In this document: positions 40,501-55,500 of the stretch, piece by piece
How positions within the stretch are numbered: the first letter of the stretch is position 1
Layout: each line of letters opens with the position of its first letter
Assembly: GCA_051362555.1 (NCBI GenBank)
Contig: CM120648.1
Location: 473,721-537,720, forward strand
Reading direction: 5' to 3'
Source of the DNA: Lingula anatina
Lineage: Eukaryota > Animalia > Brachiopoda
Length of the DNA stretch: 64,000 nt
Translations under genes and position numbers: made by a program
Notes under the pieces: model-generated
What the model was told of the DNA's origin: nothing
The model's input: the letters and a program-made list of their open reading frames with translations, nothing else
The model's database searches: none

Positions 40501-43500
40501 TTGTCATTACCATCCCTCAGTGAAGATGTCCCTCTCCAGGTAGATGTCACCACTGGACTGGCGTTTAGTGATACTTTTAAACATCTGGGGAAATCTGGGA
40601 AAAAAAGAGAAGAAACGTTTTGAAAATGCAGTACTTTGCCAGTAAGTTTTTATCGGTCTGGTATGATATTATACATACAAAATATGCTAAGTTATCAAAA
40701 CATACGGTCAAATTTCATAATTTGCAACTGTAAACAAAAAGACTTAAACCTGTATTCAAACTTGAAAGCAATGACACACAACGTGTACATGAGGCCAGAA
40801 TAATCTTCACATTCTCAGTTTTGTACATGTCTGGCCACGGAAGAGATGTAACTTTAATGCATTTACAGATATTGGTAGAAAAAATACAGTTTCTATATCA
40901 AAGAGTTGAATATTACCTCAGCAGAAGATAAAAATAAGCACTGAAAATCACCTTTTAAAGTATTCAGCGAGAACATTTAGCGTCTTCTCAGAGTACATCC
41001 ATCCACCCTCGTCTGATTTTTTCGTGTATCCCGGCACCTCTTGGTTTTTCTTGTTAAACTTCAGATTGAGGCCAACATTGACCTTGTGTGCCGTCTGGAT
41101 GTTTTCCTTGACACCGCGGCAGATCAAGACACAGCCCGTGATCCTGGAGACAAAATGGCCGTCAACTGCCAATTTTTGTGCCAGAATGTAGCCAGGCATC
41201 CAGTGCGTGGACAGATTCTGAAAGTTGAATATTTTTATGTAATAGCAAAATTTATGAAAGCGAGTCCTTGTGTATGCAGAATATTCCTATGTGCTTTTAT
41301 GAGAAGGTTATGCAATATATAGAAGTATACCCGACATATTTTACATGGTTAAAAAAATAAAATTAAAAAAAAATGTTCAAATCATACATTCAACAATTAA
41401 TAAAAAAAAAAAAAAAACAACTTGTAGATTTACTTAGTCACTGAACACATAGTTTGCTTTCATATTTTGCAGAAAATAAATATATTAAATCAAAGAAGGT
41501 AAAAATACTTTAGGCATTTACATTCTTAATTCTTTTCAACAATTTAAGCAAAAATAAATTTGCATCAGATTTAGATTTAAGGGAAAATAAGTTGTCTTCT
41601 AAAGTCAACCCTTACATTTGCCCTCTTGGCAACACGTTGCAGATTTGGCTCAGTGGGGACACTGAAGTTTACGCGAACTCTTGCAGACTTCAAATCCACG
41701 TCCATTACTTCTCCCATGCTGCCATAGTGAGGTGATCCGAGCATGAAAACCTCAGTCCTGGGAGGATACAACTGGTCCAGCGTCTTGTACTGTTTGAAAC
41801 TGGAGTCATGGACAGAAATATCCTGGAATGAAAGGGCTGATATTGAGCTATGTAGTAATCAAACAAAAAATTACTTCCACTTGAGAAAAGTACTTGCTGA
41901 ACAATCAACACAAGATGACTATAATACAACTCTAAGACTTTGGAGATAATAATGAAACTGTAATCTTTTATTTTTATGAACTGTGCATGTACTTTTGGGG
42001 GTTCCCTGTTCAGCCTTGCATGTTAATGTAAGCAGCAGAAGCCACTGAACATATATTATTCTCTGAACTTTGTACTGATAATACATAAAAGACCAAGTCA
42101 TGTAATAGGAAGAGACAAAGCTTGATCTCAACACTATGGTGCCAGAGTTTACACGCCAGGTACAAAGTAGGTAGAGAAATTACAGCTGCTGAGTCAACAT
42201 AATGGTAAGGTCCAGCTTTTATTACAGCCCATCAGCTATTTTTATATTTTAATCCCCGTCCCTGTGAACCTTGCCTTCACTTGACAGGATAACCACAACT
42301 TCTACCCTCAAACTGACAGTAGGTCTGTGGACAAAGATAAAAGTAATGTTTAAGCCCACCTTGACCTTGCATTTTGACCTTGACCTTTATTTGACCTTGA
42401 CCCTTACCTTGACTGTAGCCTGGTAGGCATATGGCACTGGGTTAAATGACCACTGCTTCTCCAGTGTAATGTTGCCTCCTGAACCACACACATATCTGGG
42501 GAACAGTGACAATGAATAGTCTATTTAAATTACATCGCATGTAAAATCTTAATAATTACACATTTGGTACAGTAACTGTTATATTTCAATTAAATGTTCA
42601 TTGTTTCTTGAAATTTTACTGACCTCTTTACATGAAACCATGGTCCTCTTTAATAATCTGTTAATCAGTTATCTATTTAGTGTGCTGAAATTCATTCATC
42701 ACCCTAATCAAGATGATAATCATTGTCTGGCCCACAGAATTCTACTCACTTTCTTCCCATCATGGGCTGAGCATGAACCAACAAAAATGTGGTGCCAATG
42801 TCTACCCCTTTTCTGCCCTTGTACCTGAAACAAATGGCAAATTGTGATGATGTTTCTGAATTATTCCATATCTCTGAACTGATCCATTTCTAACAAGCAA
42901 ATATGACAGAGTTTACAACAAATCTCTGGGTTTTTTAACCTAAAAGTACACTTCAACCCCTGTTTTAATCATAATTCATTTAACATCACTTGAACTAAAA
43001 TAAACTGATGCTTTATAAAATCATTTTAAGTTCAAGTTCAGTGAAAGGTTATAATAAGGTCAAAGGTCATTATGAGGTCAAAGGTCATCTAAAAACTCAA
43101 GGTCAGAGGAAGGTCATTATTATATTTACTTCTCTGTCAAACTGTCCACCTCCCTATGCCATATTGCGACCTCATCACTGTTCATGTGTTCTTCCTTCAT
43201 CTTCACCTCTTCACTGGCAGCCAGGGTCTTGGTCTTGTGATGTGTGCCCTCATCAAGGACAAACCTGGGAGGGCAGAACAGAATGACTTATACAATAACG
43301 ATAACTGACTGTTTTAAATATTTAAATGTTGGAAATTATATAGGTGATCAGTACAGGGATGAGAATGCCATTTAGTGAAAAAGTTTGAAAATATTGTGTA
43401 GGTCCAGGGGGCTGCCTTGGCCAGTGATATTTTGGCTCCCATAAAGTATGATATCTGCCTATAGTCAGAAAAATCTCATCCCCGTCAGTAGCCAAAACTG

Positions 43501-46500
43501 CAAGGCTGGTGATTTGAAGAGAACTGCAGTGTCATTTTTTTAAGTACTTGTATAATGAATGAATCAGTTATGGTGAAAACCAAAATTCTATGACAGGAGG
43601 GAGTTTTTCTTACTTTGTCTCACCATCAGACACAGAGTTGACTCTTGCCTCAAACAAATGTGGCCAGTTGACGAAGATACCCTTCCCCAAAATTTCCTTT
43701 GCTACATCTTTTAGCTTCTGGAATATAGACACAATGCAAACCTTGACAAATTTAACAATGTATTTTGCAATAAGCCCAAGATTTGTGTTTGAGTGGTTCT
43801 ATTAACTTAAATATAGAAAAAAAATTTTTTTGGTCAACTGTAAATTAAATAATGATTTCATCACTTAACACAGTAATTAAGTAATTTACATAATTTTCTA
43901 TGAATGAAATAGTCAGAGCCGAAAAACTGCATGTATGAACTTTATGAACTATTAAAGATAATCTTTAAATTATCAACAACAAAAAAGAGGTTCAGTTTTC
44001 TCCAAGACCTCACCTCCTCACTTCTACTATCTGTCAGCTGCAAAATCATGTTATCACCTCTACTGGCCTGCTGGAACACTGTCACCCCCTCACGCTTTAA
44101 CTGAGCCTGAAATAATACAGTTAGACAAGATAACAAAATCATGTTATCCCCTCTACTGGCCTGCTGGAACACTGTCACCCCCTCACGCTTTAACTGAGCC
44201 TGAAATAACACAGTTAGACAAGATGAGAAGAAACTGGAACACTGTCACCCCCTCACGCTTTAACTGAGCCTGAAATAACACAGTTAGACAAGATGAGAAG
44301 AAACTGGAACACTGTCACCCCCTCACGCTTTAACTGAGCCTGAAATAACACAGTTAGACAAGATGAGAAGAAACTGGAACACCGTCACCCCCTCACGCTT
44401 TAACTGAGCCTGAAATAACACAGTTAGACAAGATAAAAAAATCATGTTATCCCCTCTACTGGCCTGCTGGAACACTGTCACCCCCTCACGCTTTAACTGA
44501 GCCTGAAATAGCACAGTAAGGCAAGATGAAAAGGAACTTAAAAGGGCTTAATGCAAATATTTTCTAAGTTCAGAAAAGTATTCACTCAAACTTTATTTAA
44601 GGCATCTGGCAATGGATAGTTTGAAGTAATCAATGGATGGATTTACTAAGTATTTATTTGTTTATTTCAGTCATACTGGCTTTATGCTTTTCGCTCATAC
44701 AATTAATATAACAATCTATGACTTCCACACACACACTCGTACACAAAAACTCACACATGTGCACAAAAATAAACGCATATTCATATAATCTCTCTCTCTC
44801 TCTGTCTCTCTCTCTCTCTTACCCTGTGAGGCAGGTGCTTGAGCGTTGGGAACCCTGGGAAGTAGACATCTTGTTTTACTCCCTCACACAGCCCTCTCTT
44901 TAGCTTGTCAGCATCCACCAGGAAACTGTCCAAAGGAAGTGGTGTGTACCTGGACATATTATAAACAGGTATTACAGGTAGGTTCACCTGTCCAGGTGAG
45001 TAATCCAACATGTTAATTTTCTTACCTAGTTCAGCTTAATTTCTCTGCTGTGGTACAATATTTTGGTCAACAGGCACGGTTTGTAAACTTGTGAAAATGG
45101 TGATAAAAATGGATGACCTTTTAGGTATATACTGCAGTCAACCTTCTGTGATAATTCAGAGAATGGAAAGTGATGCACAAGCTCCTTTAATTCATATCTA
45201 CTGAAAATTGTACATCATTCTTAAAGAGGTTAAACACATTTTTTTAAACCAATGATGTTTGACATTTGGCCTTTTGGCTCCAGGGGGCGCCCAGGTTAAT
45301 GCTATTTCTGGTTCACAAAAATTCAGAATCGCCAATAGTTGGAAAAATCCCATCCCTGCTGAAGGTTTTTAAAACATGACTTGTCTCTTTAAAATAGGAT
45401 AACCTTTTAACAAACACCACACAAGAGATAATGAACAACCTGTTTTTCCAGATACTTACTTGCAGTGATTAAGGACAATATCTGGGATTCGTCCTGGTAG
45501 AGGGGACTGCAGTGGTTCCTGAACTTCCTCTGTAAACTGGTACATACAGTGCGGACTGTGCCTGTTCCGGGCCTTTTCACTGGGACTGAGCTTGTCATAA
45601 ATGGGAGCCATGGATTCCAACAGTCTTTTCTGCAAAATATAAATATCAACATATGACCTACTTACTCAAATCTGTGTCACCATGACCTACTTATTCAAAC
45701 CTGTGTCACCATGACCTACTTACCTCATCAATAAAAGGTATGCAGACAACGGCTTCCCAGTCCTGCTGCTTGCCATTCAGATCTGTCTCAAAGTTCACCG
45801 GGTAAAAATCTATTATAGGGGATGTGTCCATTGTCATCAGAGTCTAAAATAATAAAAAGCAAAAAAATTAATTAAAGATGTTTATTTAGTATATATATAT
45901 ATATCTATATATTTTTAATTCAAACTCCACATACAGCGAATCATACAAAATCAACTGAATAATATTATATGAATTTCTGAGTCAGACTTGGCCATTGCAG
46001 CATAAGCTTCATGTAGCTACAGATCTAAAACAGAAAGTGGCAATTAACTTAAAGACTGAAAACTTCATGTTACTCTGACCCAGGAAATAAAATCTTAATC
46101 ATCTTAATCTTCATCAATTCTATTTCAAAGAGAGAAGAGAAAGGGTATATTAACAACTTAAGTTTACCTGGAAGGGTGAAGGAAGAAGGTTCTTGCTGGC
46201 GGCAGGCAACACTGCCATCAGCTGCTCAAATGGTAAGAAAGGCTTTCCAATGTCAAACTTTATCTCCATGTTGCTGAAGTCCTTGACATCACTAATATAG
46301 GGGGCGTAGTGGAAAGGATAGAACCAACTCCAAGAAGGAACTCCACGATAATAGTAGTAGAGAATCCACTGTATAGCTTGGACATATTCTGTAGCCTGTT
46401 TTCTAAGAACTTCCCTGGAAGAAAGAAATTACAGCTTTGCAGTTTATATATTAGCTGGTAAACTATCAAATGATTTGTCAACTATAGATCAAAAACTTCT

Positions 46501-49500
46501 ATGTTTTGTTTCTATGAATCTGTTTTCCAAACGGCTCTGAATATTACTTAATGGATCAATCAATGAAGTCATCTCAATTCCACATTTTCATTTTCTACAC
46601 CTTTAAGTTTACCAAGAACTTCAGTTTTCTGAATTGATTTCCTTGCCATTAACCCCATCTTTAGATTCTGTCAAATGGTCTCTTTTTGAGCCACCAACAA
46701 AAATACTCCTTTTTACATACTTGGGCCAGTTTTGAAAGAATTAGCAGTATTTTATTATACTCACGGTGTCACTTTTTCTATCTCCATTTTATCCATATAA
46801 TAATGCTTTTTGTGTTGAGCAAATTCTGCCAAAAAATCATCACTTTCTGACTCTTCCTCTTCTGTCTCCTCTTCTTCAATTTCTGCTGAGTCATCCTCCA
46901 ACTGGCTTTCAAAATCATCAAGGATGGTGTTCTCGTCAATGCCAGTCAAGGCATCAAATGAATTGTCTGTTTTAAACTTCTTATCCTGAAATTTAAGATG
47001 CAAAATCTTACATAAAATAATGTCAAATTATTTTCATTTTTGTGTCTTCTTCAGATATGTCTTTTCTGGCAATATCCCCACTCAGAAAAGTGATGAGAAA
47101 AGACAAATTGTGCGTATAATCATGGCAAATTAACAGCCAAGTCGTATGGGGAGCCATCAGGAAAGGATTAAAATCTCTCACTACTGAGTTTCTGCATAAA
47201 AAAATTGGTCTGGTTTGGGGTTGGCTGGTTATGGTAATGATGGTCGCGGGGAAGTTGAGGCGGCTGTCCATAATAACAAGTCACCTACCCCACCAGGTTT
47301 CTTGTTAGATTTGGAGTCATTTCCTCCTGAGTCTGCTGTGAACTCCTGCAATTTTCTCCCCGTCTTCCCTGAGAACCACTTGAGATCTGCATACTGCTCA
47401 TCAAACTTGTCTATATCATACTAAATATAAAAGATCAAAATAATCTTATCATTTAGCGATATCATTTTACGTATGTTAACAACTTCAAATCAGTGAACTT
47501 CTCCATAAACTCACTATTTTTATGTTGTCATAAATAAACTTGCTTTATGAAAGTCATGTCCAAAAGAAGAAAAAATGAAAAGTTTGAAAATCTATTTCTC
47601 GTTAATGAAAGTTCTCTCTACAGGAAAAAATATTAGCCCTTTCAACAACTGGTGGTATGTTTTCAACTAACCTGCGCCAACTTTTCAAAGTATTTTTCAA
47701 ATCTTTTCAAATGGAGCTCTCCATTGTCATTCAAGTATCCTGAAAACAGTGATAATGTGATCTATTGATATATTATCAAATTGATTTTACAATGGAAAAG
47801 TGACAGTCACACCTTGTATACCTTGGAACAAAAAAAATCATGCACTGTTTCCTCCAACAATAACAATACAAAACCCTCTGCCTCTTAAGCCAGATTATAC
47901 CATACTTATTAGAGCACATGAAATACTGAATTAAAAATAAATGATTTCTTTACTAGTATAGATGTTAATTATAATGCACAATGGACACAGGCTGTATCTG
48001 GAAAACATCGTTATGTCATTATGACACCCCTAAGATACTCCAAGCACCTGACACATTCTATCCTATACACGCAGCATCAGGTCACATCTAACACAATCCA
48101 CTGTGTCATCACCACCCAACACATCCAAATGTCACAACTTACACAATCCACCATGTCACACCTAACACACTCCTTACCATCCAGGGTGGGCATCACCTCC
48201 TTGTAAATCTTCCACAGCAGTGGCAAGGCGTTGTCCTTGATGTGGAGATGAGGCAGGTGAGGAATGAAGTCGTTCCCCACCAGAAATCCCAGTAACACCC
48301 AATCATCTATGATGTTTTCAAGGTTGTATTCAAACTGAAGCTTGTCCTGAAAATTTTTAAAATATTAAATTTAACACAACCTTATGATTACTTCTGGTCA
48401 AAATAAATTCATTGTGAAAGCAATGCCAGTCAGAAATATCTTCCATGATATTCTTGTTATTAAACATGATTTTTAATTTAACGGGACAATTTCTAATTTA
48501 GCTTGGCTCAAAGCAGATTAAAATTTTTGTCTAAAAGCTTACACTGATTTTCAGCTCTATTAAAAAAGTTAAACAGGTCCTTGCTGATAATCAGTGAAGA
48601 TGTCATAAAATGTCCAGGCAAGCTCACCCTGAGAGAGCCAAACTCAAAGTCCAGGTATTCTCTGAACAGTGATAAGTGGAGCAGGTGGAATGTTGTCTCC
48701 TCGGGGGTGTTTGTTCTGGAATTTAACATGATATAAACTTTAGGATCCTGCCTTATTTATATATGACCTCCCTCCTGTTTCTTAATACACTCACAAATTG
48801 TTTTTAAATTACAACCGTGCAATAGAACACAATACTGTCAGTGGGTTTTATTTCTTAATCAATATGGACAAATGTGATAAAATCTAAAAAAATATATTTT
48901 AACCTCTATAATCATGTTACTGGAATAAAATTGATAATTTAAGTAGAGCAAAATTGATAATAAATATAAAATATTATCATTAAAAAAACTCCATAAAAAT
49001 TAACCATATGTACTACATTTTAACACTGGACTTATAATGTCACCTTTTCTTGGCATCTTTTTTCCCTCCAAATCTGACTTCCTCCCTGAGCAGAGAAAAG
49101 TGAGGCTCGTGACAGGACAACCCCAACATCATCTGAAATATAAACACCACTTACTTCACTACAAACTTATTAGAAATTGTTTCTACTTGGTTTAGCATAA
49201 TATTGTAAAATTCTTCATCATCAAGTATCCGGAAAGGAGGATCAAAGCTCAGTTTGTCAGAAAAAAATACATTTTACACTTAGGAATATTAAAATAAAAC
49301 ATTTTTGTGTGCAATTCCTATACCAGACTCCTTTCAAGTAATTTCTGAATTTTAATGGAACCTTACAATTTTTCTTGGAAGTTAATAAAACCTCCATCAC
49401 ATCTCCACTTACAAGATCAGCGTCCAGCCCGTACAGACAATGCCTGGTGTTGGGGTCGTGCTCAGGTGACGCACGCTCTGCACGAATGAAGTCCATGATC

Positions 49501-52500
49501 TTGTGTTCTCCTTCACCTGGAGTCTGGAAATGACACAGAAAATGATCAATATCATGTAAACATTCAATTATGAAGCAGGGCTGACAAAAAAAGAAGAAAA
49601 AAAATTCTCGAATCTATGCCTACTTCAAATCAAGTGATCAAATTTATACAACAGTGTAAATCAATTTAGGCAATTCTGAAATGAGCGTTGAATTGGGTCT
49701 TCAAAAAATCCAGAAATGCAACCATTATTGTTGAAAGCACACAGCTTAATGTGGGGGATGGGGCATAAATACAACACCTTAATATTCAAATAAAACTGGA
49801 AAACTTTCATCTTTATCGAATGTCCTAAAAATGGCAAGCTGACAGGATATTAAAACCAATTCATTACCTTCTATATCATCTACTTCAACTCTCTAAATCA
49901 TCTACTATAACTCTACTATAATCATCTACTATATTATCATAAATTAATCTTCATAAATGACCTTCAACTGACCTCATGACCTGACAATATGACCTTGACC
50001 CCCTGCCACAGTTTGTCTGTGGACATCTTGCTGGCAACAAAATACTTGAGCTGTTCCTGAAGTCTGACCATAAATTCTGTCCCTGGGGTGATACAGTTGG
50101 AGTCAAAGCGTTCTGCCGTGGGAAGAATCTCTCCCTTCTGCAGGGCTTTGCGTACTAGATCCTCGGCTTCGCGTGCAGATCTGTAACAATAAAACCACAA
50201 AGAAAATGTGTTAGGTGTGACATATTATGATTAGCTATAGGAATATGATAAATGTGTCTGCTGCGAGATTGTGTTGACCATTTTCTAATTCTTAATTACC
50301 CATGTAAGGTCAAAATATCCAATATAATAATTTACCAGAAAATAATTACTGTAGATTATTTGTGCCAGCCTGGAGAGGCTGTATGACATACTAGAACAAG
50401 CACATTTTAGCTGGTATCTATATATTCAGGAAAAAAACCGCAAGGTTGGATAACCTCTTACCCTTAACTTAAACACACTTCTGAGTGATATGTCTTGCAG
50501 GTGCAGTCAGGCCACCATACCCCCCCCCCAAACTCCTAGCTGTTAAATTTGGTTAATGTACAGTGCTTAATAAACTCATTAACCTGAATCGTCTTCCTCT
50601 CTGCTGGTTCATCTTGGCTCTGGGTGCAACGCCATCTACAGCCATGAAGAACACCTTGCGTGGCTTGATCATACGGAATAGAAACTGAAATGTGAAACAC
50701 AACTATGCATTAACAACAACTTTTCAACCCCATCAATCTTCTTAGCCAAATGCAGTGAAATAGCACTAGTGAGAAATAACTTTTAAAAGATCTTATTAAA
50801 AAAAAGCTTAATCTACAATAATGCACCAGGTCCTGTATTTAATTATTCTGTGATTATAGCCTATAAAAAACTTTTTGATGGTGTGAATGTTCAGGCAAGG
50901 GTGTAATTATTGAACCATCCTGGGGTCAATTGCACAACATTTTCAAACAAGAAAACAAACTAATTTATGGCCTGATGGTTTGTAAAAGTTCTCAGTACCC
51001 CCCCCCCCCCACCCCACCCGACACACACAAATACACACCCACAGCCTGTTTGAAAAGCAAGGCTAAACCCAATTTTGTCCACTTAAATTGTCACTTCAGT
51101 GAGTGGCTATGTATTGATGCCCTGAACCACCGCCTGACTGACCTCTATATAGTGAAATATGTCCAGGAAGATCTGCTCCTCTGTGATTCTGAAGTGAGGA
51201 TTGGAATCATCTGGGTGGGAGCAGACATGGATGATACCATTCATGTCAAAATATAGGTTGTCAAACTCTGGGATCTGAAAACAGGAAAAAATATGACATT
51301 TTAGATGGGAGAATACAGTGGTGCAAATACATATTAGATGGAACACTGAGGGGTAATCTTAATCAATGACGATATATGTTAGTGCGCCATGTCACATGAC
51401 CTTGTGGTCACTCTTTGTAATACGAACACTAATCAGTCACGTGATTATGGGTGTGTGTGGTATTGAGACATATAGAGAATTCAGTACATATGTAGCAACC
51501 ATACCGGTCGGTCACCCTAGATAGCATATAATATTTGTACAAGAGTCCAACGTACACAACGGACAAACGAGATAAGGTGTTCATTGTGATAACGAAACTG
51601 TAACAAATTGTGCTATCTATAAGACAATAAATGATTCAGTGATTGTATGCGTAACGTCGTCTACAATATAAGTACAAATATTTTGCTACGAAAACTGACA
51701 TCATGAACGGTGAAACAAACGCAGATGTACCACAGTCTATGACAGACTCAACTACCATTAAAACTTTAAGGGACAGAAAAAGTGCAGCGCTACGCTCAGT
51801 TACAGTATGCCGTAACAAAACAGTGAATGCTATGACTGACTTTAATAACCTTCATATCGTGAAAACAAATTTGGAACAGTACGATGAATTATTTGCAAAG
51901 TACCAATCTGCATATAATAAATACTGTGAAAAACTTTCTGAGGATGAAATGACGAAGGAACTTCATGCGTTTGAAGAAAGACAAATTTCTATGCTAGAGT
52001 TTAGACGACATGTGCTCAATTGGACCAGCGAGGCAGAACAGGCACTAACTGCTGATTGTACCAGTTCAGCCAAGGGTAGTAACCACAGTAGCGGGTCACG
52101 ATCGTCACGCCCTTCTCGCTCTTCACAGTCAGCCCATACTGAGGTGTCAGCGCGTGTAAAGGAACAAGCAAAGATCGCGGAACTCACCGTTGAAAAAGAA
52201 TTACTACAGAAAAAACACCGATTGATGATGGAGAATGAACAGCTACGAGTGGAAGGTGAAATAGCAAAAGCCCGTGCCCGTGAACGCGTTTATGCAGAAG
52301 ATGACATCACGACGCATGCGGCAGCCACACCCACCTCTTCCCATGATGCATCCCATTCAAACCCAGCCCCAGTCAACCTTGGTGAAACGCAACGCCCGAG
52401 CAGTGCACCGTTAAACGTAGATGCTCCGGAATTTAGACCACACCAAGCCCATACGCATCCGAGCAGCATGACTGAAGAAAGCCACTTGGTTTCTACGAAC

Positions 52501-55500
52501 ACGCTTGTTGCCGCGCTTTCTCTGCCAAAGCCAGAAATCCCGAAGTTTTCAGGCGATCTGATCAGCTACAGGACTTTCATGACGGCATTTGACACTCGTA
52601 TAGCATCGCGCACAGCTTCTCCCTCTGACAGACTTTATTACCTAGATCAGCATCTCATTGGTGAACCCAAAGACATCGTCAGTGGTTGTTTCTTGTTTGA
52701 TCCAGAGACCGGATACCAAGAAGCTCGCCGCTTACTTGATAAAGAATATGGGGATCCATACAAAACTGCTTTAGTTTATATCAATAAAGTCAATGCTTGG
52801 CCTGTCATTAAACAAGATGATTGTATAGGTCTGAAAAAGTTGTCTTTGTTCTTGACAAAGTGTTGTAATGCAATGAAATGTTTGTCATATTTGAATGTTT
52901 TAGATCACCCTCCAAATGTGCTCAATGTTGTTCAGAAATTACCATTTTATTTACAAAATAAATGGAGCGAACAGGTGTCTAGAGTACGACAGACAGAGCA
53001 TGCAATTTTAAAGTTTCAGGATCTTGTTACTTTCATAGCATCAGCGTCAGACGCAGCCAACGATCCAATCTACGGAAAGGCAACTAAGCAACATGTCCCC
53101 GCCAACGGTACGATTCAGCAAGGTAAGGGCCAGATGAAAATGACCAGCTTTGCCATGACGTCACAAGGTTACGTAGGGTCATCATTAAACTGTCCGCTTT
53201 GTCAGCAACACCATGACCTGGATGACTGCCCAACGTTTACAAGTAAGTCCATGGCTGATAAAAGACAATTCTTAAAAGAAAAACGTCTTTGCTTTGGCTG
53301 TTATAGACCTGACCACATTTCCAAGGGGTGTTTGGGGAAACGTGTATGCCAGAAGTGCCATAAGCGACACCCGACTTCACTCCACATAGAGGGTTTCCAA
53401 CTTCGAACTTCCCTTGGTAGCCAAACCAACAGCGATGGTAAAAAGACACGAGATTCCTCAACAGTGAGTGTAAATACAAATGATACTACAGTTAACTCGA
53501 TCTGTGCAGCTACCGATTCTTCAGACTCGACAGTTTTACATGGGGTACTACCGGTGAAGGTGAGTCAGAGAGGAAGCAGCAAAGTTATTACCACTTACTG
53601 TTTTTATGACAATGGCAGCAGCGGGTGTTTCATAACCAATGATTTGTTTCAAAACCTTGAAGCCAGTGGTATACCAACGAGGCTCAAGCTGACCACTATG
53701 CAAGGAACCAACTGCGTGGATAGCACTTTGGTAGAAGGCTTGGTCATCACAGATTTGAACGGAAACAATGAAATCGACATGCCCAAGACATTTACCAGAA
53801 ATGTTATTCCAATCGACCATCGCCAAATCGCAACGCCGGAAATAGTTCAGAGATGGGATCATTTACGCCATATTGCCTCTGTGATACCGGAGTTTCAGCA
53901 AGGAGTTGACATCGGTATTCTGATAGGTAACAACTGCCCATTAGCTTTAGAACCTCTGAACGTTGTGTCTACAGATGGTACATGTAATAAACCGTACGCC
54001 ATGCAGCTACGACATGGTTGGACAGTATATGGGCCAGCATATTCCAGTGATGTGGATCACATTTCATGCAACCGAATAATGGTGGAAGAAACTTCTAAAG
54101 AATTATTCACACCTGCCACTGTGATGCAGATGATGGAACCCGAGTTTAATGATCACAAGCCGTCATATCTCGACGAAAAGGACATGTCACAAGAGGACAT
54201 GAAATTCATAAAACTGGTTGAGGAGGGAATTTACAATGCTGAAGTGAACCAGCTTTCTATGGCAGAATCGGGATCAACACGGAGCCGGGTGACAGCCGAG
54301 CGTGAGCATGCCAAGCATCAGATCATTTTACTTCGCAGATGCCATGTGACAACAATAGTGATTCGTGAGGCACACACAATCCTCGGACATGCAGGCCGTA
54401 ATCATGTGCTCGCCAGTCTCAACAACAAGTACTGGGTCATACAAGGTAATACGGCAGTGCGTTCAGTGCTGTCAACGTGTGTTATCTGTCGTCGTACGCC
54501 AAATCACATTTTGACTGGGAGATCGCATGTTAACATACCTCCATCAAGCGTATTTCAGCGACATGATTTATATCTGCGCAAGAAATGGCGAAAAGTCCAG
54601 TATCTTTCGAACGTATTTTGGTTCAGATCGCGTAAGGAATACGTGCTGAACCATCAAACGCGTCACAAATGGAAAGAAAAGCAAAGAAACCTCAGTCGGA
54701 GAGTTCATCATAAAAGACGATAACGTAGCTCGAAATGCATGGCCGATGGGTCGTATTGAGGATATAGAGATCGACAACAATGGATTAGTGCGTACTGTAC
54801 TATTAAAAACACAAAATTCCAACTTACGTAGGCCAGTGAACAAACTTATTTTACTGGTCGCAAATGACAAAGATTGTTAACCATCAGTTACATGTATATC
54901 TGCATTTAAATGTAGACTTATGACATTTTCTATTTGATGTTAAGTGACGGTGACTGTTAAGTATAAGATTTAAGAGTAGTAATGATTTAAGGTTTAGGCA
55001 TATTAATACATATTTAGAGTTAATTAAGGCATAACGGATGTTCAGTTTATTTTCATAGAATATTGTAATTTAACTGTGCACTAACGTAATTAAGTTAAAT
55101 TAGTTTGCGTTAACTAATTTAGGAGCCGGGAATGTTAGTGCGCCATGTCACATGACCTTGTGGTCACTCTTTGTAATACGAACACTAATCAGTCACGTGA
55201 TTATGGGTGTGTGTGGTATTGAGACATATAGAGAATTCAGTACATATGTAGCAACCATACCGGTCGGTCACCCTAGATAGCATATAATATTTGTACAAGA
55301 GTCCAACGTACACAACGGACAAACGAGATAAGGTGTTCATTGTGATAACGAAACTGTAACAAATTGTGCTATCTATAAGACAATAAATGATTCAGTGATT
55401 GTATGCGTAACGGCGTCTACAATAATATATAATGTACATGTATATCATTTCAGGTGTTGTGATTTTATTAATTACATATTACTATCAAACATTAAACTTA

